A stretch of 64,000 nt of DNA from assembly GCA_934153675.1 (NCBI GenBank), contig CAKPFG010000001.1, forward strand, positions 155,947-219,946. Reading direction: 5' to 3'. Under the pieces are notes generated by a model, which worked only from the letters and a program-made list of their open reading frames with translations, was not told the DNA's origin and did not search any database. The first letter of the stretch is position 1, and every line of letters begins with the position of its first letter. This stretch comes from an uncultured Bacilli bacterium. Its GTDB lineage: Bacteria > Bacillota_I > Bacilli_A > RF39 > UBA660. The position numbers were made by a program, and so were the translations under genes. Below are positions 1-8,483 of the stretch, in pieces.

Positions 1-703
1 TAGTATAAAAGTTAATTATAAAAGAAATAATAAGGAAAAAGTTACTACCTTAAATGTTGCCAAAATAGGTAATACAGTTAAAACGGGATTGTATGTTAAA
101 GATAGTATTACAGGAGTTGGTACACTAACATATATAGATCCAAACACTAAAATTTTTGGTGCATTGGGTCATGAAATTATGGATAGTACAACAAAAAAAA
201 TAGTAAATATTAAAAGTGGAAATATTTTTCCATCAATAGTAACAGGCATTACGAAATCAAATGATGGGGTTCCAGGAGAGAAAAATGCTACCTTTAATTC
301 TGCTAAAGTCGATGGTAAAATTAAAGAAAATACTAATAAAGGTATTTTTGGGAACTATGTTAGTAAATTTGATAGTAGTAAACTTTATAAAGTTGCTAAA
401 TATAATGATATAAAGACGGGAAAAGCAACAATAAAAACAGTATTAGATGGTGATGAAGTAGGAGAATATAATATTAATATTATCAGTGTTTCTAATACTT
501 TAAATAAAACTAAAAATATAATTTTTGAGATAACTGATCAGGAATTGATAAATAAAACAAATGGTATAGTACAGGGAATGAGTGGTAGCCCTATTATTCA
601 GGAAAATTATATAGTAGGAGCTGTTACACACGTAGTAGTAGAAGATCCGTTAAAAGGGTACGGAATACTTATTACTAGTATGTTAGAAGAAGGGGAGAAT
701 TAG
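1..703 (+). CDS. spoIVB: SpoIVB-type stage IV sporulation serine peptidase (S55), 5' end outside window
   Basis: C-terminal catalytic region GMSGSPIIQENYIVGAVTHV typical of SpoIVB; frame open to window edge. Confidence 0.65.
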   Translation, partial: SIKVNYKRNNKEKVTTLNVAKIGNTVKTGLYVKDSITGVGTLTYIDPNTKIFGALGHEIMDSTTKKIVNIKSGNIFPSIVTGITKSNDGVPGEKNATFNSAKVDGKIKENTNKGIFGNYVSKFDSSKLYKVAKYNDIKTGKATIKTVLDGDEVGEYNINIISVSNTLNKTKNIIFEITDQELINKTNGIVQGMSGSPIIQENYIVGAVTHVVVEDPLKGYGILITSMLEEGEN

Positions 704-776
704 AGTGAAATACTCTTTTTTTCTTTATTGCTTTTATTTAATGATAAAATATGCTACAATTAATTAGGTGATAATT

Positions 777-1697
777 ATGTATGATTATATTATTGTAGGG
801 GCCGGTCTATATGGAAAATTAATGGCATATAAACTTAGTCATGATAATAAAATTTTATTAATAGATAAAAATGATATTTCTAAAAAAAGAAAATTATCTT
901 ATATAACCCTTAGTAATAAAAATTATGTTTTGTTAAAACAACTCATAATTAATATAAATAATTTTACTAAAAAAGAAAATATAATCATAAATAAAAAAAT
1001 TACTAAAACTAAATATATTATCAATTTAAAAAAATTAGAAGATTATTTAATTTCTGAAATTGAAAAAAATAAAGCAAAAATACTTGATAAGGTTATTATT
1101 AATAAATATAATTTAAAAAGCAATTATCTAGTTATTTTAAATAAAAAGTATAAATATAAAAAATTAATTGCTGCTGATGGGACCATGTCAGAAATAAGAT
1201 TAAATTTAACACACAATATACAAAAATTTAATTTAATTACAACTGTTAAATCAAATAAAGCGGATAATTTATTTAAAATTGATTATAATATTAAAAATAA
1301 AACTATGATAGAAATATTAACTATCAGAAATAGTAATTATATTAAAATTATAAATAGAAATAAAATAAACAATAATTTTTTAACATTATCACAATTAAAA
1401 AAGATTTATAATTTAAAATACAAAAAAATTAATTGTTACTTCATACCTAATAATGATATATTAAATAGATATAATAATGTTTTTTTCGTAGGAGATGCTA
1501 GTGGGATGATTGATCCTATTAGTTATTCTACACTTGGTTATAATTTAAGAATTATGAATAATAATAGTAACAAAAATATAACAAAAATAAAAAAAGAAAT
1601 TAAATATAAAAAAATCTTAGCTAATTTTTTATATTTGCCAATTGTTAATAAATTTGCATTTTATATAATTAGTAAAATATACGAGGAGGATTTATGA
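777..1697 (+). CDS. FAD-dependent oxidoreductase (geranylgeranyl-reductase-like), N/K-rich
   Basis: N-terminal dinucleotide-binding motif [12 protein letters not shown]-terminal GDASGMIDP; ATG at 777 preceded by AGGTGAT (ORF-track start 768 is a GTG inside the RBS). Confidence 0.45.
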   Translation: MYDYIIVGAGLYGKLMAYKLSHDNKILLIDKNDISKKRKLSYITLSNKNYVLLKQLIININNFTKKENIIINKKITKTKYIINLKKLEDYLISEIEKNKAKILDKVIINKYNLKSNYLVILNKKYKYKKLIAADGTMSEIRLNLTHNIQKFNLITTVKSNKADNLFKIDYNIKNKTMIEILTIRNSNYIKIINRNKINNNFLTLSQLKKIYNLKYKKINCYFIPNNDILNRYNNVFFVGDASGMIDPISYSTLGYNLRIMNNNSNKNITKIKKEIKYKKILANFLYLPIVNKFAFYIISKIYEEDL

Positions 1698-2050
1698 TTA
1701 AAGAATTTAAAAAATTTATTTCTAGGGGTAATGTTATTGATCTTGCTGTTGGTGTTATTATGGGTAGTAGTTTTTCAAAGATTGTAACATCACTTGTAGA
1801 AGACATTATAATGCCTTTTATAGGGCTATTAATTGGAGGAATTGATTTTTCTAACCTATATTTAAAAATAAATAAAGTATCTATAAACTATGGCAATTTT
1901 ATTCAAAATATTGTTAATTTTTTAATTATTGCTTTAAGTATTTTTATGTTTGTTAAGATTATTAATAGAATTTGCCATAAAGAAGAAAAAGAAAAGAAAG
2001 ATCCACAAATTAAATTATTAGAAGAAATTAGAGATGAATTAAAAAAATAG
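1694..2050 (+). CDS. mscL: Large-conductance mechanosensitive channel MscL
   Basis: [24 protein letters not shown]...[15 protein letters not shown] matches MscL; ATGA overlap with upstream gene. Confidence 0.85.
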   Translation: MIKEFKKFISRGNVIDLAVGVIMGSSFSKIVTSLVEDIIMPFIGLLIGGIDFSNLYLKINKVSINYGNFIQNIVNFLIIALSIFMFVKIINRICHKEEKEKKDPQIKLLEEIRDELKK

Positions 2051-2063
2051 TAATAATACTATT

Positions 2064-2153
2064 TTATACTCTAGGAAATAATGAAACAACAAACATGCCT
2101 ATCATAGCTATTAAAAAAATAATTATCACAATTTTTTGTAAAATCTTGTTCAA
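2064..2153 (-). CDS. Small hydrophobic peptide (29 aa, TTG start)
   Basis: AAAGAGGTGA RBS 7 nt upstream of TTG; one predicted TM helix (NKILQKIVIIIFLIAMIGMFVVSLFPRV); not in ORF track. Confidence 0.25.
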   Translation of the reverse strand: MNKILQKIVIIIFLIAMIGMFVVSLFPRV

Positions 2154-2242
2154 AATAGTTCACCTCTTTTTAATTATAATATAAATTAATAAAAAAAGGA
2201 ATAATTTTTATTATCATTTAATAATATTTATTGGGTGATAAT

Positions 2243-2860
2243 ATGGACAAACTAAAAAAAATACTAAAATATGATAAAAAAGTTATGACATTTTTAAATA
2301 TAATAACTATAATAGGTATTATTACTGGAAGTATATTTATAGTAATTCTAAACAAGGGTGATAAGAGTCTTGTAATAAATTCAATAAAACAATTTTTTTC
2401 AAATTTATCTAAAGATAAATTTGATTATATTTTAATATTTAAAAATGCTATAATAAGTAATACTTTATTTTCATTTGTTATTTGGATTATTGGTATTTCT
2501 GTTATAGGTGTTATAATTGTAATATGTATTTTATTTTATAAAAGTTTTACTTTAGGATTTACAATATCTTCTATTATTTATACTTATAAATTAAAAGGAA
2601 TTGTGCTTTCAATATTTTATGTGTTTCCCCATATGATTATTAATATTTTAATCTTATTATATTTAAGCTCATATTCTATAAAATTATCTATTATATTGAT
2701 AAAATCAATTATTAAAAAAGAAAATTTAAATTTTAAATCATTTTTTAATAACTATATTCAGGTTTTGTTAATTTCCTTAATATTTATAGTTATAAGTTCA
2801 TTATATGAATCATTCATTTCGTTACAAATTTTAAAATATATAGCTAAACTTTTAATTTAA
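2243..2860 (+). CDS. spoIIM: SpoIIM-like (DUF95) polytopic membrane protein
   Basis: ~205 aa, multi-TM, YVFPHMIINILIL resembles the SpoIIM PHGIIE motif; ATG at 2243 after GGGTGAT. Confidence 0.5.
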   Translation: MDKLKKILKYDKKVMTFLNIITIIGIITGSIFIVILNKGDKSLVINSIKQFFSNLSKDKFDYILIFKNAIISNTLFSFVIWIIGISVIGVIIVICILFYKSFTLGFTISSIIYTYKLKGIVLSIFYVFPHMIINILILLYLSSYSIKLSIILIKSIIKKENLNFKSFFNNYIQVLLISLIFIVISSLYESFISLQILKYIAKLLI

Positions 2861-2905
2861 ACATTAATATGATATAATATGTGTGTCATTTTGGAAAGGA
2901 GTTTT

Positions 2906-4003
2906 ATGAAGGTTGTTGTTGGAATGAGTGGGGGAGTGGACTCAAGCGTTGCTGCTATATTATTAAAAAATCAAGGATATGATGTTATTGGCTTATTTAT
3001 GCGTAATTGGGATGCTTCCGTTAATAATGATATATTGGGGAATCCTACATTAAATAATAATATATGCCCCCAAGAACAGGATTATAACGATGCTCTTGCT
3101 GTATGTGAAAAACTGCAAATTCCATTAAAACGAATAGATTTTGTCAAAGAGTATTGGGATTATGTTTTTACTTATTTCTTAGATGAACTTAAACTTGGAA
3201 GAACACCAAATCCTGATATTATGTGCAATAAGTATATTAAATTTGATATGTTTTTAAAAGAGGCTCAAAGACTTGGAGCCGATTTTGTAGCAACAGGTCA
3301 TTATGCTCGTATTTTAGATGGTAAATTATTAAGAGGAATAGATAGAAACAAAGATCAAACTTATTTTTTATCCCAGGTAGCCAAAGAGAAATTCGAAAAA
3401 ATATTATTTCCAGTTGGGGATTTAAAAAAAGAAAATGTTAGAAAAATAGCTTTAGAATATGGACTTATTACTGCTAATAAAAAAGATTCTACTGGAATAT
3501 GTTTTATAGGAGAAAGAAATTTTAAAAAATTTCTAGAAAATTATCTACCAAACATTTCTGGAGATATTATTAATATTGACACTAATGAAAAAATGGGTAC
3601 ACATATTGGATTGATGTATTATACTATTGGGCAAAGAAAAGGACTTAATTTAGGAGGATGTTCTGATAGATGCTTTGTTGTCGGTAAAAATTTAGAAAAG
3701 AATATTTTATATGTTTCATTAAACGGCAATACTAAATATTTATTATCGGATTCTTGTATTGTTGACAATATTAATTGGTTAGGAGAAAAAGTACAAAATT
3801 GTACTGCTAAGTTTAGATACCGACAATTGGACAATGATGTAAATTTGATTTGGCACAAAGATTATATTGAAGTAAAATATCCACAACTGGTAAAGGCAGT
3901 TACCCCTGGACAGGCTTGTGTCTTTTATTTAGGTGAACAATGCCTTGGTGGTGGTATTATAAAAGAAGTTAGAAAAAACGGAAAAAAACTATGGTATTTA
4001 TAA
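2906..4003 (+). CDS. mnmA: tRNA-specific 2-thiouridylase MnmA
   Basis: MKVVVGMSGGVDSSVAA PP-loop and conserved C-terminal region; RBS GGAAAGGAG. Confidence 0.9.
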   Translation: MKVVVGMSGGVDSSVAAILLKNQGYDVIGLFMRNWDASVNNDILGNPTLNNNICPQEQDYNDALAVCEKLQIPLKRIDFVKEYWDYVFTYFLDELKLGRTPNPDIMCNKYIKFDMFLKEAQRLGADFVATGHYARILDGKLLRGIDRNKDQTYFLSQVAKEKFEKILFPVGDLKKENVRKIALEYGLITANKKDSTGICFIGERNFKKFLENYLPNISGDIINIDTNEKMGTHIGLMYYTIGQRKGLNLGGCSDRCFVVGKNLEKNILYVSLNGNTKYLLSDSCIVDNINWLGEKVQNCTAKFRYRQLDNDVNLIWHKDYIEVKYPQLVKAVTPGQACVFYLGEQCLGGGIIKEVRKNGKKLWYL

Positions 4004-4043
4004 TAAATATTATAGTTTTTTTATTTTACATAATGTTTACATA

Positions 4044-4071
4044 TTGACATTTTTAATATATGTGTTAAAAT
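4044..4071 (+). promoter_or_regulatory. Sigma-A-type promoter (TTGACA-N16-TGnTAAAAT, extended -10)
   Basis: Perfect -35 TTGACA at 4044-4049 and TGtTAAAAT at 4063-4071, ~17 nt upstream of the HTH gene start. Confidence 0.45.
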
Positions 4072-4087
4072 TATATTGGGAGTGAAA

Positions 4088-4861
4088 ATGATGAATGAGT
4101 TAAATAATTTGTTACACGAACTAGGCATTTCTAAGGTTAAATTGGCAAAATTTTTAGGAGTATCAAGACAAATGATTTACAATTATTTGGAATTAGATGA
4201 CGTAAATAAATGGCCTAAAGATAAAAAAGTATTATTATTTAATTTGCTTGGTATAAAATCTTATGATGAAATGAAAAACATTAAGGTTAATACTGATTAT
4301 ATAATGGATGTAGAACTTAGATTAAATAGTTTAAATTTAAGAAAAAATGAAAATAATAATGATGATATATATAATGGTTTAAATGAAAAAGGAAAACAAT
4401 TATTATCTAAAACTATAGATATTTTGAAGGATTATATTGAGGATGAAAAAACAGGATATAAAATTGGAGAATATTTGTTTCATTTCATTCAATCTTTAAA
4501 TAATAATGATGAATTAAAGTATTTACTTGGGTACATTGTTAAGGAAACTGGATATGTAAAAGCTAATGAATTTATTTTTGATGAAGATAAACAGTATGTA
4601 TTTGAAAGTATTTTATTTACTGCAATGTCTTTATATCATAGTGGAAAAGCATCTAAGAATCGTTTAATAGAAGCACATAGAAGATTTGAAACGCAAATAG
4701 ACCATAAAATTGAAGAAAAAATGAGTAGAACTATGGAACTTATGAATATTAAAAAACAAGCTTTAAAAGAACTTGGAATTAATGAGATAAATGAAAATAA
4801 CATTAGTCAGGTATTTGCTAAGATAACAGAAATTCAATCAAGAAAAAGCGCTTTTAAATAA
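4088..4861 (+). CDS. XRE-like HTH DNA-binding protein
   Basis: N-terminal LGISKVKLAKFLGVSRQMIYNYL helix-turn-helix; ATG at 4088 after GGGAGTGA. Confidence 0.5.
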   Translation: MMNELNNLLHELGISKVKLAKFLGVSRQMIYNYLELDDVNKWPKDKKVLLFNLLGIKSYDEMKNIKVNTDYIMDVELRLNSLNLRKNENNNDDIYNGLNEKGKQLLSKTIDILKDYIEDEKTGYKIGEYLFHFIQSLNNNDELKYLLGYIVKETGYVKANEFIFDEDKQYVFESILFTAMSLYHSGKASKNRLIEAHRRFETQIDHKIEEKMSRTMELMNIKKQALKELGINEINENNISQVFAKITEIQSRKSAFK

Positions 4862-4976
4862 TAAAAAATAAAAAAACAATAATTCCTATAATGTATATTA
4901 TGTTAACTTCTATAAAATTATTATTTTTTGTATATATATTAAGAAAAAGATAATAATATTATTGGGTGATTAATTT

Positions 4977-5081
4977 ATGAAGAAAAGTAAAAAAGCTAAA
5001 TCTAATAAGAATAATAATATTAGTAAGCAAATGAATGATTCTAGTGAAAATAATTCATTTAATACTAACAATTGTAAATAA
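4977..5081 (+). CDS. Small basic protein (34 aa)
   Basis: GGGTGAT RBS 7 nt upstream of ATG; followed directly by a stem-loop terminator; MKKSKKAKSNKNNNISKQMNDSSENNSFNTNNCK. Confidence 0.3.
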   Translation: MKKSKKAKSNKNNNISKQMNDSSENNSFNTNNCK

Positions 5082-5087
5082 CCCACA

Positions 5088-5120
5088 AAAAAAGAAATCA
5101 TTTAATTGATTTCTTTTTTA
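5088..5120. terminator. Bidirectional intrinsic terminator hairpin
   Basis: AAAGAAATCA-tttaat-TGATTTCTTT flanked by A-run and T-run; its 3' half overlaps the last codons of the minus-strand TSCPD gene. Confidence 0.5.
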
Positions 5121-5356
5121 TAATTAATTAATGCTTGTGCTATTTGGTCTGGACATGATGTTTTTCTAGCTGCACATTTAATATCTTTTAATGTATTTAT
5201 TACAGTATCAATATCTTTATTAATGCAAAAAGCTCTAACACCAAGAGAATTTCCAGGACATCCTCCAATAACTCTCATATCTTTGATAATATTATTTTCT
5301 ATTAAAAAATCCATTTTTCTAGCACAAACACCTTGTGGCTTATATTCATAATTCAT
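5102..5356 (-). CDS. TSCPD-domain protein (TIGR03905-like)
   Basis: MNYEYKPQGVCARKMDF...GGCPGNSLGVRAFC...KCAARKTSCPDQIAQAL matches TSCPD family; start at internal Met with RBS AAAGGAA. Confidence 0.7.
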   Translation of the reverse strand: MNYEYKPQGVCARKMDFLIENNIIKDMRVIGGCPGNSLGVRAFCINKDIDTVINTLKDIKCAARKTSCPDQIAQALINYKKEIN

Positions 5357-5373
5357 AATCAAAATTCCTTTCT

Positions 5374-6264
5374 TTAATCTCCATGTGGATGATAACATTT
5401 AAAATTACCTTTTAATTGTTCTTTTGAAATATGTGTATATATTTGTGTTGTTGATATATCACTGTGACCTAGTAACTCTTGTATTATTTTTAAATCGGCC
5501 CCATTATTTATCATATGGGTAGCAAATGAGTGACGAAGAGTATGTGGAGATATTTCTTTTTTGATATTTTTTTCCTTAGCTATTTTTTTTATTATTTTAA
5601 ACAAACCTTGTCTGGTCATTTTTTTTCCGTGATTATTTAAGAATAAATCATCGTTAATTTCTTTTTTAAAAAAACTAGATCTTACTTTTAAATATTCATT
5701 TAATGCATTATTAGCAATTTCTCCAATAGGAACAATTCGTTCCTTACTCCCCTTCCCCATTGTCCTTACAAGACTATCCGTTATATCAATATCATATATT
5801 TTTAAATTAACAAGTTCAGACACTCTAAGCCCAGTGGCATACATAAGTTCTAACATGGCTTTATTTCTAATAGAATAATTATCATATGTTTGAATATCTA
5901 ATATCTTATTTATTTCATCTATTGATAAAACCGACGGTAATTTTTTTGTTAATTTTAAAGTAACAATATTTTCTGCAGGATTAAATTTTACATAATTATT
6001 TATTACTAAATATTTATAAAATGATTTTATTGATGAAATATTTCTTGCAATACTTTTTTCACTATGGTTATTTTCTTTTAAATGCTTTAGATACCATTTA
6101 ATATCATCATTTTTAATAAGAATAGTATCTTTATCAATGGCTTTATAAAAGTTATTCAAATCGGTTTTATATGCGATGATAGTATTATTACTGTAATTTT
6201 TATCTATTAATAAATATGTACAAAATTCATCAATATACTTTTTCATAAACACTTCCATATACAA
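5374..6264 (-). CDS. Site-specific tyrosine recombinase XerC/XerD family
   Basis: C-terminal HTLRHSFATHMINNGADLKIIQELLGHSDISTTQIYTH catalytic region (R..HxxR..Y); true start probably the MKKYIDEF Met (~6246). Confidence 0.8.
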   Translation of the reverse strand: MYMEVFMKKYIDEFCTYLLIDKNYSNNTIIAYKTDLNNFYKAIDKDTILIKNDDIKWYLKHLKENNHSEKSIARNISSIKSFYKYLVINNYVKFNPAENIVTLKLTKKLPSVLSIDEINKILDIQTYDNYSIRNKAMLELMYATGLRVSELVNLKIYDIDITDSLVRTMGKGSKERIVPIGEIANNALNEYLKVRSSFFKKEINDDLFLNNHGKKMTRQGLFKIIKKIAKEKNIKKEISPHTLRHSFATHMINNGADLKIIQELLGHSDISTTQIYTHISKEQLKGNFKCYHPHGD

Positions 6265-6333
6265 AACAATTATATTTACTATTTTATTATATCATATTTT
6301 TATATAATTTGATATAATATTCTAGGTGATTGA

Positions 6334-7539
6334 ATGAAACCTTTAGCAATAAGAATGAGACCAAAAAATATAAGTGAAGTTATTGGTCAAAAACATTTAG
6401 TAGGAAAAAATAAAATAATTTCTAATTTCGTAAAAAACAATTACATAACTTCAATGATTTTGTATGGGAAACCTGGTATTGGTAAAACAAGTCTTGCTTT
6501 TTCTATTGTAAATAGTATTGATAAAAAATATAGATTATTAAATGCTACCATTAATAATAAAAAAGATTTTGATATTGTAGTTGAAGAGGCTAAGATGTAT
6601 GGAGAGCTTATTGTTATAATGGATGAAATTCATAGATTAAATAAAGATAAACAAGATCTACTTCTTCCCTATTTAGAAAGTGGCTTAATAATATTAATCG
6701 GTCTTACAACTGCTAATCCGTATCATAGTATTAATCCTGCAATTCGTAGTAGATGTCAAATCTTTGAATTAAATTCACTTACTGATGATGAAATAATAGA
6801 AGGAATAAATAGAGTTATTTTAAATAATGAACTTGAAAATATCAAAATAGACAAACAATCTATAAAATATATAGCTAAAATAGCAAACGGAGATTTACGA
6901 TATGCTTATAATTTGTTAGAAACAGCATATTATTCATCTGATAAACATATAGATATTTCTCTATTAGAACAATTGTGTAATAAAACTAATTTTTTATCTG
7001 ATAAGAATGAAGATGGATATTATGATACTATAAGTGCATTTCAAAAAAGTATTAGAGGATCAGATGTTGATGCATCACTACACTATTTAGCAAGATTAAT
7101 TTTAAGTGGAGATTTAGATATTATATATAGAAGAATGAGTGTTATTGCCTATGAAGATATAGGACTGGCCAATCCAATAATGGGGGTTAAGGTTGATGCT
7201 GGGATTAACGCTTGTATTAGACTTGGTTTACCAGAAGCACAGATTATTCTTTCTAATTTGGTTATTGAATTAGCACTATCACCAAAATCAAACAGTGCCT
7301 ATTTGGCTATTAAAGATGCTTTAAATGATATTAATAAGGGTCTTGGTGATAATATTCCTCCAAACATAAAAACAAATGCGAGAGATTATAAATATGCTCA
7401 CAATTATCCTAATCACGTTGTAAAGCAACAATATTTACCAAATAAATTAAATAAAAAAAGATATTATAAGCCTCAAAATAATAAATATGAAAATAATTTA
7501 AAACACATAAATGATAATTTAAAAAAGATATTAGATTAA
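6334..7539 (+). CDS. rarA: Replication-associated recombination protein A (AAA+ ATPase RarA/MgsA)
   Basis: LRPKNISEVIGQKHLVG...GKPGIGKTSLA Walker A, MgsA C-terminal domains; RBS AGGTGAT. Confidence 0.85.
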   Translation: MKPLAIRMRPKNISEVIGQKHLVGKNKIISNFVKNNYITSMILYGKPGIGKTSLAFSIVNSIDKKYRLLNATINNKKDFDIVVEEAKMYGELIVIMDEIHRLNKDKQDLLLPYLESGLIILIGLTTANPYHSINPAIRSRCQIFELNSLTDDEIIEGINRVILNNELENIKIDKQSIKYIAKIANGDLRYAYNLLETAYYSSDKHIDISLLEQLCNKTNFLSDKNEDGYYDTISAFQKSIRGSDVDASLHYLARLILSGDLDIIYRRMSVIAYEDIGLANPIMGVKVDAGINACIRLGLPEAQIILSNLVIELALSPKSNSAYLAIKDALNDINKGLGDNIPPNIKTNARDYKYAHNYPNHVVKQQYLPNKLNKKRYYKPQNNKYENNLKHINDNLKKILD

Positions 7540-7547
7540 TATCTTTT

Positions 7548-8483
7548 TTAAATATTTAATAAATATAATTCTAAGGCCATATTTTTATCAACTTCTCCAG
7601 ATTTAATTTTAATATCTAAATTGGCTAGTTTAGATATATTTTCAATTAAAACATCATTATCATAATTATAACCCTTTTGAATAGCCAAATGAACAGGATA
7701 TCTTTTGACATGTAATATTTGTGCTATATCATCTTCAGTATACCCCTTATTATATAAAATTTTAGCTTGATATATTAATCTAAATTGATTAGAAAGTAAA
7801 ATAATTATTTTAATAGCTTCTTCCCCATTTTTGATTAACTCTTTATATATTCTAATTATTTCTTTTTTATTTTTAGAAATAATATTATCTATAAAAGCAA
7901 ATATATTAATATTTATTTTTTCAACAGTACATTCAATGATATCTTTATTAGTAATTACTTTATTATCTATTTTGTATAATTTTAATTTTTCAATTTCATT
8001 ATTTAAATTATTCAAATTATTTGAATTAGTAAAAGTCCTTTTAATAAGCAAATTAATAGTTTCATTGGTAATACTATAATTTGAAAATAACTTTTTTACA
8101 TATGAATTAAGATTAGATATTTTATTGAATTCCTTTATTATTCCTTTTTTATTTATTAATTTATATATTTTTTTTCGCATATCCAATTTTTCTTCATTAA
8201 CTCTGAATATCAAAATAGTATTATTATTAAAATTGTCTATATATTTTTCTAAATTAGTGGTATCCTCTACTTTTTTACCTGTAAATATTTCATTAATATT
8301 AACAATAATTATCTTTTTAGAATCAAATAGTGAAAAAGTATTAGCATCATCTGTTATTTTATTTATATCATTAATATTGTCATACTTTATTATGTTAAAA
8401 TTATCTATTTTTTCTTTTTTTATAATGCTATTTATATAATCATCAATCAAAGGAACTAAAGTTCCATATAGTAAATATATCAT
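7548..8483 (-). CDS. holA: DNA polymerase III delta subunit-like (HolA)
   Basis: Size and N-terminal MIYLLYGTL.. pattern of HolA; lies upstream of smc with 4-nt overlap; weak similarity only. Confidence 0.5.
   Translation of the reverse strand: MIYLLYGTLVPLIDDYINSIIKKEKIDNFNIIKYDNINDINKITDDANTFSLFDSKKIIIVNINEIFTGKKVEDTTNLEKYIDNFNNNTILIFRVNEEKLDMRKKIYKLINKKGIIKEFNKISNLNSYVKKLFSNYSITNETINLLIKRTFTNSNNLNNLNNEIEKLKLYKIDNKVITNKDIIECTVEKININIFAFIDNIISKNKKEIIRIYKELIKNGEEAIKIIILLSNQFRLIYQAKILYNKGYTEDDIAQILHVKRYPVHLAIQKGYNYDNDVLIENISKLANLDIKIKSGEVDKNMALELYLLNI

Noticed and set aside
3619-3858. Antisense ORF inside mnmA. Similar antisense ORFs lie inside ftsZ (16367-16648), mutL (24983-25375), cysE (32042-32318), alaS (39404-39643), the AI-2E permease gene (40987-41211), frr (42154-42429), proS (42605-42841, 43795-44022), the pilin-like gene (44567-44845), uvrC (47168-47350), ybeY (56238-56423) and others
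   Set aside because: Each is fully contained in a well-supported gene on the opposite strand, with no RBS or motif.
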